Source: Minisyncoccota bacterium (GTDB lineage Bacteria; Patescibacteriota; Minisyncoccia; Phycocordibacterales; UBA9973). From it: a stretch of 59,075 nucleotides of DNA. Position 1 is the first letter of the stretch. Every line of letters begins with the position of its first letter. The position numbers and the translations under genes were made by a program. The notes beneath the pieces were generated by a model. That model ran no database searches. It saw only the letters and a list, made by a program, of their open reading frames with translations, and was not told the origin of the DNA. This document shows, piece by piece, positions 16,659 to 25,394 of this stretch. The stretch lies in contig DATJJU010000012.1 of NCBI GenBank assembly GCA_035491955.1, positions 1-59,075 on the forward strand, written 5' to 3'.

Positions 16659-17744
16659 ATGAAGAAATTTGGTTTTAAATCACTTTTGGCAACGGTGGGG
16701 GGCGTGCTTGTAGCGGTGCTATTTACCGTGCAGGCGTCTGCTATGATCCCGACATTGTCCTTATCAAATAACGGTTTTGGCACGATGCAGGTCAGTGTGT
16801 ATGGCGATGCTAATGCACCGATCATTTTGGACTACTACTCAGGCGGACAGCTTCTCGGGGCAGGTATCATTGGCTACACCAACTACAGTGGCTACTATTC
16901 AGGCACCCTTAACCAGAGTACTTACTACAGTATTCCAAATGGCGCACAGGTCTTGATCTACGTGAATGGTCAGCAGTCAAACACTGTTACCTGGCAGGGT
17001 AATGGCTCTTCTTACAACAATGGCTATCCGTATAACAACTACGGCACCATGACATTCAGTCAGAGCAATGTAAATCTTACTGTTGGTCAGTCTCAAACTA
17101 TTTACATCAATGGCACATACAACAATGGCTACAGCAATCAGTATTATGTGTCATCAAACCTTTCAAACGGTGTAGTGAGCGCGACATTGAGCGGTAATGC
17201 ATTGACCTTGTACGGACAGAATAATGGTTCAGCCAATATCACTGTCTGCTCAGGTACAGGCAACTACTACAATTCAAACAGTGGCTGCGGCACTGTGTAT
17301 GTAACAGTAAGTGGATACAACTACAACAATAACTATTACAATCAGTACCCATACAACTACTACAATAATTACAACTATAACTACGGATACAACACTCTTA
17401 GTGTAAGCAATAACAATGTGCAGGTTACCACTGGCAACAGTGCCACAGTAACTGTCTACGGTAATAGCAACAATTATTACAATGGCTACTATAACAATGG
17501 TAATTACTACATCTCAAATACTGGCTCAGGCATTGCCTATGCAACCATAAACGGCAGTACTGTCACGATCTACGGCCAGTCAGCTGGTACCAGCACTATC
17601 ACTGTCTGTCAGACAGGCGGCGGATGCGCAACCATTAATGTGACTGTTACATCTCCATACATCTACAATGGAGGATACAACTATCCGTACAACAATGGCA
17701 ATTGGTACTGGAGCCCAACCTATAATTGCTGGATGCAGCGATAG
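16659..17744 (+). CDS. Secreted Asn/Tyr/Gly-rich protein with two Ig-like (Big_2-like) modules
   Basis: Signal peptide, then two modules ending ...G(S/T)(A/S).ITVC..G(G/N)..CGT/CAT(V/I).VTV(S/T), separated by runs such as YNYNNNYYNQYPYNYYNNYNYNYGYN. Confidence 0.6.
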   Translation: MKKFGFKSLLATVGGVLVAVLFTVQASAMIPTLSLSNNGFGTMQVSVYGDANAPIILDYYSGGQLLGAGIIGYTNYSGYYSGTLNQSTYYSIPNGAQVLIYVNGQQSNTVTWQGNGSSYNNGYPYNNYGTMTFSQSNVNLTVGQSQTIYINGTYNNGYSNQYYVSSNLSNGVVSATLSGNALTLYGQNNGSANITVCSGTGNYYNSNSGCGTVYVTVSGYNYNNNYYNQYPYNYYNNYNYNYGYNTLSVSNNNVQVTTGNSATVTVYGNSNNYYNGYYNNGNYYISNTGSGIAYATINGSTVTIYGQSAGTSTITVCQTGGGCATINVTVTSPYIYNGGYNYPYNNGNWYWSPTYNCWMQR

Positions 17745-17815
17745 GGAATAACAGTGAAGTTATAAAAACTGAGCTGTAAGAACGAATCAGAAGCACTGAA
17801 TTCAGGATTAGATAG

Positions 17816-17862
17816 AAAAGCAAAAGGGCCGACACACGAAGTGTGTCGGTCCTTTTGCTTTT
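17816..17862. terminator. Long bidirectional terminator hairpin
   Basis: 22-bp stem 17816-17837/17841-17862 (one G:T pair), GAA loop, A/T-rich outer part. Confidence 0.7.
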
Positions 17863-17925
17863 CATATTTTGTAATGGTATCTTTATAGAAATACATAAGG
17901 TTGTTTTACCAAAATCCTTACCGTC

Positions 17926-18318
17926 ATGAAAAGAATATTTTCCAGGGAAGGGGAACTGTATGTTGCCTCCCTTGTTCCGCTCATCGTGTTATTTGTGTTT
18001 CTTCAAAAAGGTTGGTTCGAACTCATTCTTCATGAAGACCCGCTTACCTTTTTGAGAACAGTACTGTTTGTCTACTGTTGCTCAATGTTTTACAAATGCC
18101 TGATGAAATCCATCAAAACCGCTATCGGCAGAGATGGCTCTCGTTACATCGTTGTAACATTGCGCGATATTCTTATTCTTGGCGTAGTTCTCTCATTTTG
18201 CCTGTCGTGGTTTTTCCAAAACGACAGAGTGTTATCATGGCTCGTTGCAGCCACCCTTGGCCCTTATCTCGCATACTCTACCCTGAGATGCCGATACGTG
18301 CTCGGTTCTGCACAGTAA
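17926..18318 (+). CDS. Hypothetical membrane protein
   Basis: 130 aa with 4 hydrophobic helices. No family recognised. Confidence 0.4.
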   Translation: MKRIFSREGELYVASLVPLIVLFVFLQKGWFELILHEDPLTFLRTVLFVYCCSMFYKCLMKSIKTAIGRDGSRYIVVTLRDILILGVVLSFCLSWFFQNDRVLSWLVAATLGPYLAYSTLRCRYVLGSAQ

Positions 18319-18343
18319 TGAAAAAGAGGCCTAAGGGCCTTTT

Positions 18344-19153
18344 TTACTTTTCAAACTTTTTCTCAACTTGCTCTGCAACCCATTTCCCAAATGTATCTAA
18401 AAAACCAGCGAGCTTGTTCACATCATCGGTCGGATTAATAGCGAGCTCAAGCGCCATTTTCATATTTTCTTCCTGTTCAGGATAATACTTTGAAAAGACT
18501 TCATAAGAAGGGTACAGATCTCGTGTGAAGGCTTGCTCTTTATCCATTACCAAAACGAATCCGGCGCGGATTATTCTTTTCATAACCCAGCGACACCACA
18601 TCTTAATGTCTTCACTGTCTGGATTATTTACTGTTTTTTCCTTTGCTCTTTGAATAATGTTTTCAAGGTTGCGATGAAAATGACTGGCTGTTTCTAAATC
18701 AGCACGGAAAGGAGGAATCTTCTCAGCGAGATCTTCACCGTAAATGCAGGCACTCTGTGTCTTGATGGTAAAACGATCGCCAAAAAACTCATCTTCATCA
18801 AAAACTTCATCGTAAGAAATGAAACCCATTTCGATACCGGTTGAGAAAGCGTATTTTTGTTCAAGTTCTTTTTGAACGCTATCTACCCAAGAACGATCTA
18901 TCTCCTCATATTTTTTAGTAATAACAGCAAAAGTGTCTATATCGGAAATTCCCTCTATCGCTTCGCCACGAGAAACAGTACCACGAACATAAATGCTATG
19001 AATCACGTCGCCTAAATGATCAAGATACGCCTGTTTTATATCCGCAACCGCTTCTTTCCAGGGCGATTTGAGCTTATCTACACCGGACTCACTAACAATA
19101 AACCCATCTTTGTCAGTTTTGAGCAATCTGCCGATTTTGAGAATTTCAGTCAT
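18344..19153 (-). CDS. Nucleotidyltransferase-domain protein (ANT/AadA-like architecture)
   Basis: Pol-beta-type NTase motif GTVSRGEAIEGISDIDTF, with a helical C-terminal half. Confidence 0.6.
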   Translation of the reverse strand: MTEILKIGRLLKTDKDGFIVSESGVDKLKSPWKEAVADIKQAYLDHLGDVIHSIYVRGTVSRGEAIEGISDIDTFAVITKKYEEIDRSWVDSVQKELEQKYAFSTGIEMGFISYDEVFDEDEFFGDRFTIKTQSACIYGEDLAEKIPPFRADLETASHFHRNLENIIQRAKEKTVNNPDSEDIKMWCRWVMKRIIRAGFVLVMDKEQAFTRDLYPSYEVFSKYYPEQEENMKMALELAINPTDDVNKLAGFLDTFGKWVAEQVEKKFEK

Positions 19154-19226
19154 ACTGGTGGAATTATACCAGCACCTACAAAAAATCTCCCAGCTATGCT
19201 ACAGTAGCCCTACAATATATAATATT

Positions 19227-19313
19227 GGAGACGTGTCGGAGTGGTCTAACGTACCTCCTTGCTAAGGAGGCAGGCTGTAAAAGGTCTCAAGGGTTCGAAT
19301 CCCTTCGTCTCCG
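19227..19313 (+). tRNA. tRNA-Ser, anticodon GCT (GCU)
   Basis: Acceptor GGAGACG/CGTCTCC, discriminator G, anticodon arm CCTCC-TTGCTAA-GGAGG, long variable arm, T loop TTCGAAT. Confidence 0.85.
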
Positions 19314-19356
19314 CAGGAACTGACCATTAAATACAATTAACGTATACGAGGTAAGT

Positions 19357-20571
19357 ATGGCATGGGATACAAAAATAGAAGATGGAATAGAAAAGGTGTA
19401 CTTTATCGATGAGGAGACTAAAAAGGAGACTATTGTTTTTGATATTGATAGCAAGAATGAGTTGATAAAATTTTATCCGCGTGAAGAGAAATTTTTCCTA
19501 AAGGAAATTGTATTGAGTGGCTTCAAGGAAGTACCTGAGAATGTAATTGTATATGGAACTTTTAAGGGAGGGTTACTTTATTTTCTGAATGACCGCTTTA
19601 GTGATAAAAAAGTTTTTCACTTTGAAATTTTAAGAGATGGAAAATCTCTAATAACAAATACAAAAAATGGATTAAAAGTCTTACTAGCTTATGATGATGT
19701 GTTGAGTATGGTACAAAAACTTACGTCGATATCTTATGAAGCAAAAATAGAAAGAGGGGAGGAAGTTGATCTTAGTCTTTATAATACTTTCCCTAAATAT
19801 TTTAAAAAAAGTAATGCTGAGAAATCTTCCAGAAATAAAGCTCGTAGACTATTAAGAAATCTCGATATCTCTACTATCCCTCAATTAAAAAACCAAGAGG
19901 CGCAAAAAATCGTCGATTATTTTATTGAACTTATAGAAAAAAGATCTAATAAACAAAGCTTCTTTAATTTAGCAAAACTTAAACTAGATGAAGTTTCTAT
20001 TGAGAATGTTATTCTGAAATTGAAAGATTATATTGAGAATAATGCTAAGGAGTCAGAATGGACAACTTTTTTGATCGAAAATTTATTTGTTATTGATTCG
20101 AAATACATCTATGCGGTTCCTGAAATTAATTTAACTTTAGGGGGTAATCGTCGAGTAGATTTTGGACTTATAGATTCTGATGGTTACCTTGATATCTTCG
20201 AGATTAAAAGACCAAACACAAAGATTTTTGAAACACAACCTGATCACGGTAATTATTTTTGGCACGAACAAGCAGTGCAAGCCATAGTGCAGGCTGAAAA
20301 ATACCTTTATTCGGCGACCAGAAAAGGATCACAGCTCGTCGAAGATCTTCAACGCGAAAGGGGTGTCGAGCTACCATTTAAAGTTATTAGACCACGAGCG
20401 TTTCTGCTTATGGGCTCTTCTTCTCAATTTAAAAATGTAAATATGGTGGATGATTTTCAAGTTTTACGCCGATCCCAAAAGAATATTGAAATTATTTTAT
20501 ACGATGATCTTCTTAAGAGAATACAAAATCAAAAAGGAAAAGTGTTTTTAAGCTCTCAAGAAAGTAGTTAG
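19357..20571 (+). CDS. Shedu-like (DUF4263) PD-(D/E)xK nuclease with a novel N-terminal region
   Basis: The C-terminal half shows ESEWTTFLIENLF, RRVDFGLID (D codon 20158-20160), YLDIFEIKRP (D-x-x-E-x-K at 20191-20208), QAIVQAEKY, RAFLLMGSS and IEIILYDDLL. This order matches the DUF4263/SduA core as I remember it. Confidence 0.6.
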   Translation: MAWDTKIEDGIEKVYFIDEETKKETIVFDIDSKNELIKFYPREEKFFLKEIVLSGFKEVPENVIVYGTFKGGLLYFLNDRFSDKKVFHFEILRDGKSLITNTKNGLKVLLAYDDVLSMVQKLTSISYEAKIERGEEVDLSLYNTFPKYFKKSNAEKSSRNKARRLLRNLDISTIPQLKNQEAQKIVDYFIELIEKRSNKQSFFNLAKLKLDEVSIENVILKLKDYIENNAKESEWTTFLIENLFVIDSKYIYAVPEINLTLGGNRRVDFGLIDSDGYLDIFEIKRPNTKIFETQPDHGNYFWHEQAVQAIVQAEKYLYSATRKGSQLVEDLQRERGVELPFKVIRPRAFLLMGSSSQFKNVNMVDDFQVLRRSQKNIEIILYDDLLKRIQNQKGKVFLSSQESS

Positions 20572-20605
20572 TGAAGATGATTGAGAATTCATTTTAGATA
20601 AAACA

Positions 20606-21586
20606 ATGAATAAGCAAAAAAATAGGACCGAAGAAATTGTAATGAAGGTACGGGACCTCATCAACGATTCCACAATATCAAAAACAAAGATTTTTTCAAG
20701 AAAAAAGATAGGTGATTGGAGTCAGTTTTTTACAGCGTTAGATACTATTGAAGATACATGTCTTGCTATTACAGCTTTTTGTAAAGATTCGGAAATTTTA
20801 CTAGAAAAGAATCCGTACCTTGTTGTATACGGAATTCTTCAAACACTTTTTGTTCAGCAAGATGCAGTCGATTTTTTAAAAATATCACTTTTTGGAAAAG
20901 ATAAAGGAATTAATTGGAAAGATAAAAAACATCTACCGCTTTGGGAAATTAGACAGATACGTAATGAAACTATAGGTCATCCTGTTAAAACAAAGAAAAA
21001 AGGTTCAGACTCTAAATATGAAAACGATGAAGTCACTTCATGTACCATTGATCGATCCTCAATCTCGAGAGAGGGTTTTAGTTACATTCTCTGGATGAGT
21101 TCCAAAACGCATCATAGAAGTGTAAACTTTAACGAGGTTATAAAATTACAAGATTTTTACCTAAGTGAAGAGCTTAAGATTATAATGAAAGAAATTGAAA
21201 AAGAAGAAAGTGTACACAAGGTAAAATTTAAAGGAGAGAAACTTCTTGATATTTTAAATAAACCATCCCTATATAAAATTAATCTTATTTATGGACTACG
21301 CTGGGAGGACCATTTAGCATGGCCGAGTTTTGACCACTACTATGAAAGGTACAAAAGAATAAGGAATGGTATTGAAAATCGTTATGGGAAATTTGGTGAG
21401 ACATTAAGAATTCCTGGTACAGAAGAAATTGTAAAAAAACTAGACTACATATTTTCAAAAATAGATGGATTTAAAAAAATACAGTTTGATAATTATGAGT
21501 TTGAAGTATATGTAGATGCGCTGGATTCAGGTTTAAAGGAATTGGGAAACCACCTTGAGACAATTGATCAGGAGTTTGAAGTATAA
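20606..21586 (+). CDS. Hypothetical protein with a HEPN-like R-x5-H motif
   Basis: 326 aa, helical. WEIRQIRNETIGHP is encoded at 20951-20983 (R-N-E-T-I-G-H at 20960-20980), preceded by helices (YGILQTLFVQQDAVDFL) as in HEPN bundles. No family recognised with certainty. Confidence 0.45.
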   Translation: MNKQKNRTEEIVMKVRDLINDSTISKTKIFSRKKIGDWSQFFTALDTIEDTCLAITAFCKDSEILLEKNPYLVVYGILQTLFVQQDAVDFLKISLFGKDKGINWKDKKHLPLWEIRQIRNETIGHPVKTKKKGSDSKYENDEVTSCTIDRSSISREGFSYILWMSSKTHHRSVNFNEVIKLQDFYLSEELKIIMKEIEKEESVHKVKFKGEKLLDILNKPSLYKINLIYGLRWEDHLAWPSFDHYYERYKRIRNGIENRYGKFGETLRIPGTEEIVKKLDYIFSKIDGFKKIQFDNYEFEVYVDALDSGLKELGNHLETIDQEFEV

Positions 21587-21628
21587 AAAATAAGATATTA
21601 AGAATAACGTAATTTTTTATAAAACTTT

Positions 21629-23026
21629 ATGAAGATTTCAAAATTAACAATTAAGAACTTTAAAATATTTTCACCCGATGACGAGTTTGTTATTGATGAT
21701 CTAAATGTTCCCGATGGGGTAAATGAAGGTACAGGGCTAAATGTTTTTGTTGGTGAGAATGGAAGTGGTAAAACCTCTCTTCTTGAAGCCATCGCTTTAC
21801 CCCTACTTGAGTATAAAGCAGAGAATTTTTCAATTGAAAATTTTAATGATTTTGAAGAAAAAGTAGAAATAAATATTTTCTCGAAGGATAACTTCACTGT
21901 TGACGGCACAATGCCAAGAAGTTCTTTTGAAGCAAAGGGGTTTTCTTTTGAAGCAGGTGTTAGAGCAAGAGATAGCAAAAACTATTTATCTTCTATTATT
22001 GTGAGTGATCAAAAATTTATTAAATCTGATCCTTCAAAACCAAAAGATGGAAGTCCTGATTTAAGAAGTGCGGTCAATAACCCTTTTAAAGGGAAAAGGT
22101 TTAATGAAAACGATGTTCTATTTTTGGATAAGAATAGATTATTTCAGACACGTTCAGGAAACTTTAATACAACCCGTTTTGATAGGTTGATGGAAGATTT
22201 TAGTTATCAATATTTGAAAAATAACGAAATAACTGATTTAAATGAGGAACTAGGTAAAAAAATAAGAAAAGAAGTTGAAAACGACTTTCTTGATCAAGCA
22301 GTGTCGAAATTTAGAGAAATTTGTGATCACGAAGTCAGGTTAGATTTTTTAGATAATTTAAAGCCATTTAAAGAATCCTTCTTTTCTATTAAAAAGGATA
22401 ACGAACAGCAGATATTAATAAATAACCTCGGTTCTGGGTATGAAATGATATTTTGTTTACTCTACTCGTTCTATCTAGCAAAACAGACTGGGAAAGAGCT
22501 TATAATTTTGATAGATGAACCAGAGCTACATTTGCATCCAGCTTTACAAGAAAAATTCATTCAATTTTTAATTGAATTTTCAAAAGAGGCACAGATTTTT
22601 ATCACTTCCCACTCACCATTAGTAGTTAAACAAGTTTTATTAAATGAAAAAGTAAAAGTAAGAATGCTAAAAAACGGTTCGGAAGTATTGGATATCGGGA
22701 ATAGACTACTTTCGTATTTATCAGCAAATGAAATAAACTATCTTGCTTTTGACTTGCCGACAGAAGAATATCATAATGAGCTTTTTGAAGAGTTAAAAAT
22801 TAAAGATGATGGTGCTCGAGCCACACCTCTTAATTTGAAAGATTTTGATATTTACTTTTTTCAGACTAGTAAGGGAGAACCTGCAAATTATCCATACAAT
22901 GGGGCAAGTAATCAGGTCAGTATCCATACCCACTTGAGGACACAGATACACCACCGAGGAACAGCGGGGCAACCAAATATTACTGATATAAAAAAGTCGA
23001 TTGAAACAATGCGTACATTCTTTTAA
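21629..23026 (+). CDS. SMC/ABC-type (AAA_15/AAA_21-like) ATPase without a recognisable nuclease domain
   Basis: N-terminal KL.IKNFK.F, Walker A GENGSGKT (21752-21775), signature-like LGSGYEM, Walker B ILIDEPELHLHP (~22502-22540), H-loop ITSHSP. The ~130-aa C-terminal extension has no Toprim, HNH or other motif I can see. Confidence 0.7.
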   Translation: MKISKLTIKNFKIFSPDDEFVIDDLNVPDGVNEGTGLNVFVGENGSGKTSLLEAIALPLLEYKAENFSIENFNDFEEKVEINIFSKDNFTVDGTMPRSSFEAKGFSFEAGVRARDSKNYLSSIIVSDQKFIKSDPSKPKDGSPDLRSAVNNPFKGKRFNENDVLFLDKNRLFQTRSGNFNTTRFDRLMEDFSYQYLKNNEITDLNEELGKKIRKEVENDFLDQAVSKFREICDHEVRLDFLDNLKPFKESFFSIKKDNEQQILINNLGSGYEMIFCLLYSFYLAKQTGKELIILIDEPELHLHPALQEKFIQFLIEFSKEAQIFITSHSPLVVKQVLLNEKVKVRMLKNGSEVLDIGNRLLSYLSANEINYLAFDLPTEEYHNELFEELKIKDDGARATPLNLKDFDIYFFQTSKGEPANYPYNGASNQVSIHTHLRTQIHHRGTAGQPNITDIKKSIETMRTFF

Positions 23027-23039
23027 CTTTTTAGTTTAG

Positions 23040-23798
23040 ATGAATAATTTAAAAACCTCCGTCCTGCTCATCGCCCACAACGAAGAATCCCACATAAGCG
23101 ACAGTATTATGTCAGTACTTCGGCAGAATAGGAAAGCGGATGAGATAGTAGTGGTGTGCCATAACTGTACTGATAGGACAGTGGCAATAGCGAAAAGTTT
23201 TGAAGCTCAGGAAAATCTAAGGGTGGTTGAATACAGTGGACCAGAAGGTGTTGTCTATGCGCGCATCAGGGGATTTGAAGAAGTGAAGGGAGATATTGTG
23301 GCGTGTTTGGATGGGGATAGTGTGGCAGATAGGAAGTGGCTGGAGAATATTGTTAAGCCACTGGAGAGAGATAGTGGAGTAAGTATTGTGGCAGGATATG
23401 TGTATTTGAGGGGTTCATGGTTTGCGAGAGTGACGAGCTGGTGGCAGTTTGTCATTGTGAAGAAGATTTTGAAATGGGATTTGAATGCATTTGCATGGGG
23501 AGCGAGCTTTGCGTGTCGGAAAAGTGACTATGAAAAAGTCGGAGGATTGGCACCGCTTATTGAATTGAAGGATAAGTTAGGACTGCATTTTTGGGCAGAG
23601 GATTTTTATCTATCGAGGGCGTTGATGCAGATAGGGAAGCTTCACGTCGCGCTTAGTGCGAAAAGCTATACAGAAATACCAAGCTGGAAAGTGGATCTAA
23701 GTACAGCACCATTGAAGGAATGGATGGAAGACAACAATGCTATAATAAAGTTCTATGGAAAACGAACCAAAATCAACACCACAAGAGCTAAGAGATAA
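23040..23798 (+). CDS. Family 2 glycosyltransferase
   Basis: SVLLIAHNEE, VVVCHNCTDRT, and the LDGDS motif. Confidence 0.75.
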   Translation: MNNLKTSVLLIAHNEESHISDSIMSVLRQNRKADEIVVVCHNCTDRTVAIAKSFEAQENLRVVEYSGPEGVVYARIRGFEEVKGDIVACLDGDSVADRKWLENIVKPLERDSGVSIVAGYVYLRGSWFARVTSWWQFVIVKKILKWDLNAFAWGASFACRKSDYEKVGGLAPLIELKDKLGLHFWAEDFYLSRALMQIGKLHVALSAKSYTEIPSWKVDLSTAPLKEWMEDNNAIIKFYGKRTKINTTRAKR

Positions 23799-23940
23799 AT
23801 CAAATGAAGTTATTGCGCAGATGAAGGAAATACGCGAAGCTTCAGATGAGAAAATACAAGAGCTTCAAGAAACCAATAGCGCTATTCGTTCAGAAAATAA
23901 GATTAGTAAACTGGGTGGTAGTGATGAAGAGGGGGAGTAA
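23755..23940 (+). CDS. Possible small acidic coiled-coil protein
   Basis: 61-aa ORF overlapping the GT2 3' end by 44 nt. Its stop overlaps the next start (TAATG at 23938-23942). Reality uncertain. Confidence 0.3.
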   Translation: MENEPKSTPQELRDKSNEVIAQMKEIREASDEKIQELQETNSAIRSENKISKLGGSDEEGE

Positions 23941-24470
23941 TGGAAGGAATAGAAACAATGCCTCATATAGAGAAGTCGGAGACTATGGAGTTTCTGCATC
24001 AAAAAGCGCGCGAGCTCAGTGAAGGAAAAGATTCTAATAGAGAACTCTTTGTCGCGATGAAAGATTTTGTAATCAATGACATTGCTAGTCGACCGGAAGG
24101 CCAGCAGTGTAGCCCGAAAACTATCATTGAGTCACGATTCACGCCGGCTGATGAAGCATTTGAAAAAGGCATGTGGAGCTGCGGCACTGTTTCTACGATG
24201 GTGGCAGAGATGTTGCGATCTATCGGTAAGAAAGTTCGTTTTATTCACGGAGAGCACAGCAGGTCTGTAGACCATTCGTGGTTGTCAGTATTTAATGAGT
24301 CTTCTGGAGAATGGGAAGAGTTTGATACAGCTAGAAATAATTTAAACATTAGACCTGACTACGTTAAAAAAGCTGAAGTGGATTCATGGGAAGAAATAAA
24401 GGATCAGATTTATTCTGACGAAGAAACGCTCAGAGAACGCAGAAAAGCAAAAGGGTATTACGGACAATAG
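23940..24470 (+). CDS. Transglutaminase-like cysteine protease-fold protein
   Basis: Ordered Cys (MWSCGT), His (VDHSW) and Asp (EEFD), as in the transglutaminase-core superfamily. Confidence 0.55.
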   Translation: MEGIETMPHIEKSETMEFLHQKARELSEGKDSNRELFVAMKDFVINDIASRPEGQQCSPKTIIESRFTPADEAFEKGMWSCGTVSTMVAEMLRSIGKKVRFIHGEHSRSVDHSWLSVFNESSGEWEEFDTARNNLNIRPDYVKKAEVDSWEEIKDQIYSDEETLRERRKAKGYYGQ

Positions 24471-24471
24471 C

Positions 24472-24501
24472 AAAAGGCCTTCCGCTTGCGGAAGGCCTTT
24501 T
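24472..24501. terminator. Bidirectional terminator
   Basis: AAAGGCCTTCCGC/GCGGAAGGCCTTT 13-bp stem (24473-24485/24488-24500). Confidence 0.7.
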
Positions 24502-24514
24502 GTACTGGAGTTCT

Positions 24515-24856
24515 TTAGAGCTTAGTGTTTACAATCGTAGACCCTGAGCCTTGCGAAGGGGTAGCAGCTGGTGCAGCCTTTGTTGCAGGAGCTGGAGCGT
24601 TAGTTGTTGTAGGTGCAGCGTCGGTATCAGGATAGGTCTGCATATTCATCATCATGGTGCCGCCGTCATTTTGCCAGCGCATCATGTGCATGTTGCGATA
24701 GCCGTAGACTTCACCGCGCAATTCACCAATCTGGATACCAGCTAGGAAAATAAATACGCCGATAAGGATAGCAAGTACAAGGCGAAGCCACATGTAGCGA
24801 CCGTCTTTGTGTCGTCCACACCATTCGCACATTTGTCCATTGTTTTCGTGTTCCAT
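24515..24856 (-). CDS. Hypothetical single-pass membrane protein with Met-rich and Ala/Pro/Thr-rich tail
   Basis: 113 aa with a CEWC motif, one TM helix, and a low-complexity C-terminus. Confidence 0.45.
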   Translation of the reverse strand: MEHENNGQMCEWCGRHKDGRYMWLRLVLAILIGVFIFLAGIQIGELRGEVYGYRNMHMMRWQNDGGTMMMNMQTYPDTDAAPTTTNAPAPATKAAPAATPSQGSGSTIVNTKL

Positions 24857-24904
24857 AAAATAATTTCTTTTTCAATCGTTATTGAGTAATATTCCAAGTA
24901 TATC

Positions 24905-25342
24905 ATGCAACATGTAGCTATCATGAAGAAATCCTGGAAACTGATCCCGCAGATTGTGGCAGGGCACAAGACTATCGAGTCGCGGTGGTATCAGACCAAG
25001 CGAGCGCCGTGGGACCGTGTCGCCTACGGCGACACGGTGTACTTCAAGAATAGCGGTGAGCCGGTCACGGCTCAGGCTAGTGTTTCAAAAGTCTTGCAAT
25101 TTGAACTTTCTACGCGCGAAGAAGTAGAAGACATCATTCGCCGATACAACAAGCACATCATGATCCCTGACTCCGTCATCCAAAGCTGGGCCGGTCCGCA
25201 TGGCGATACTTCTAAACTTCCCAAATACTGCATTCTCATTTTCCTCGAACACGCAAAAGCTGTTAAACCCTTTACTATCGACAAAACCGGCTTCGGCACA
25301 CCCTGCGCCTGGCTTTGCCTTGAAAAGTTTTCCACAAAATAA
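24905..25342 (+). CDS. ASCH-domain-like protein
   Basis: 145 aa. The N-terminal I..G.KTIESRW... beta-barrel pattern resembles ASCH/PUA-like domains. Confidence 0.45.
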   Translation: MQHVAIMKKSWKLIPQIVAGHKTIESRWYQTKRAPWDRVAYGDTVYFKNSGEPVTAQASVSKVLQFELSTREEVEDIIRRYNKHIMIPDSVIQSWAGPHGDTSKLPKYCILIFLEHAKAVKPFTIDKTGFGTPCAWLCLEKFSTK

Positions 25343-25394
25343 AGAATATATAAAACAGCGACCAGGTCGCTGACTTTTGGTATATACTAATAGT

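Noticed and set aside
19314-23040. Integrase, att direct repeats or transposase delimiting the tRNA-Ser islet (also sought at the tRNA-Ile and tRNA-Gln islets)
   Set aside because: By eye I found no recombinase ORF and no repeat of the tRNA 3' ends at the distal borders. I therefore call none of the islets a mobile element.
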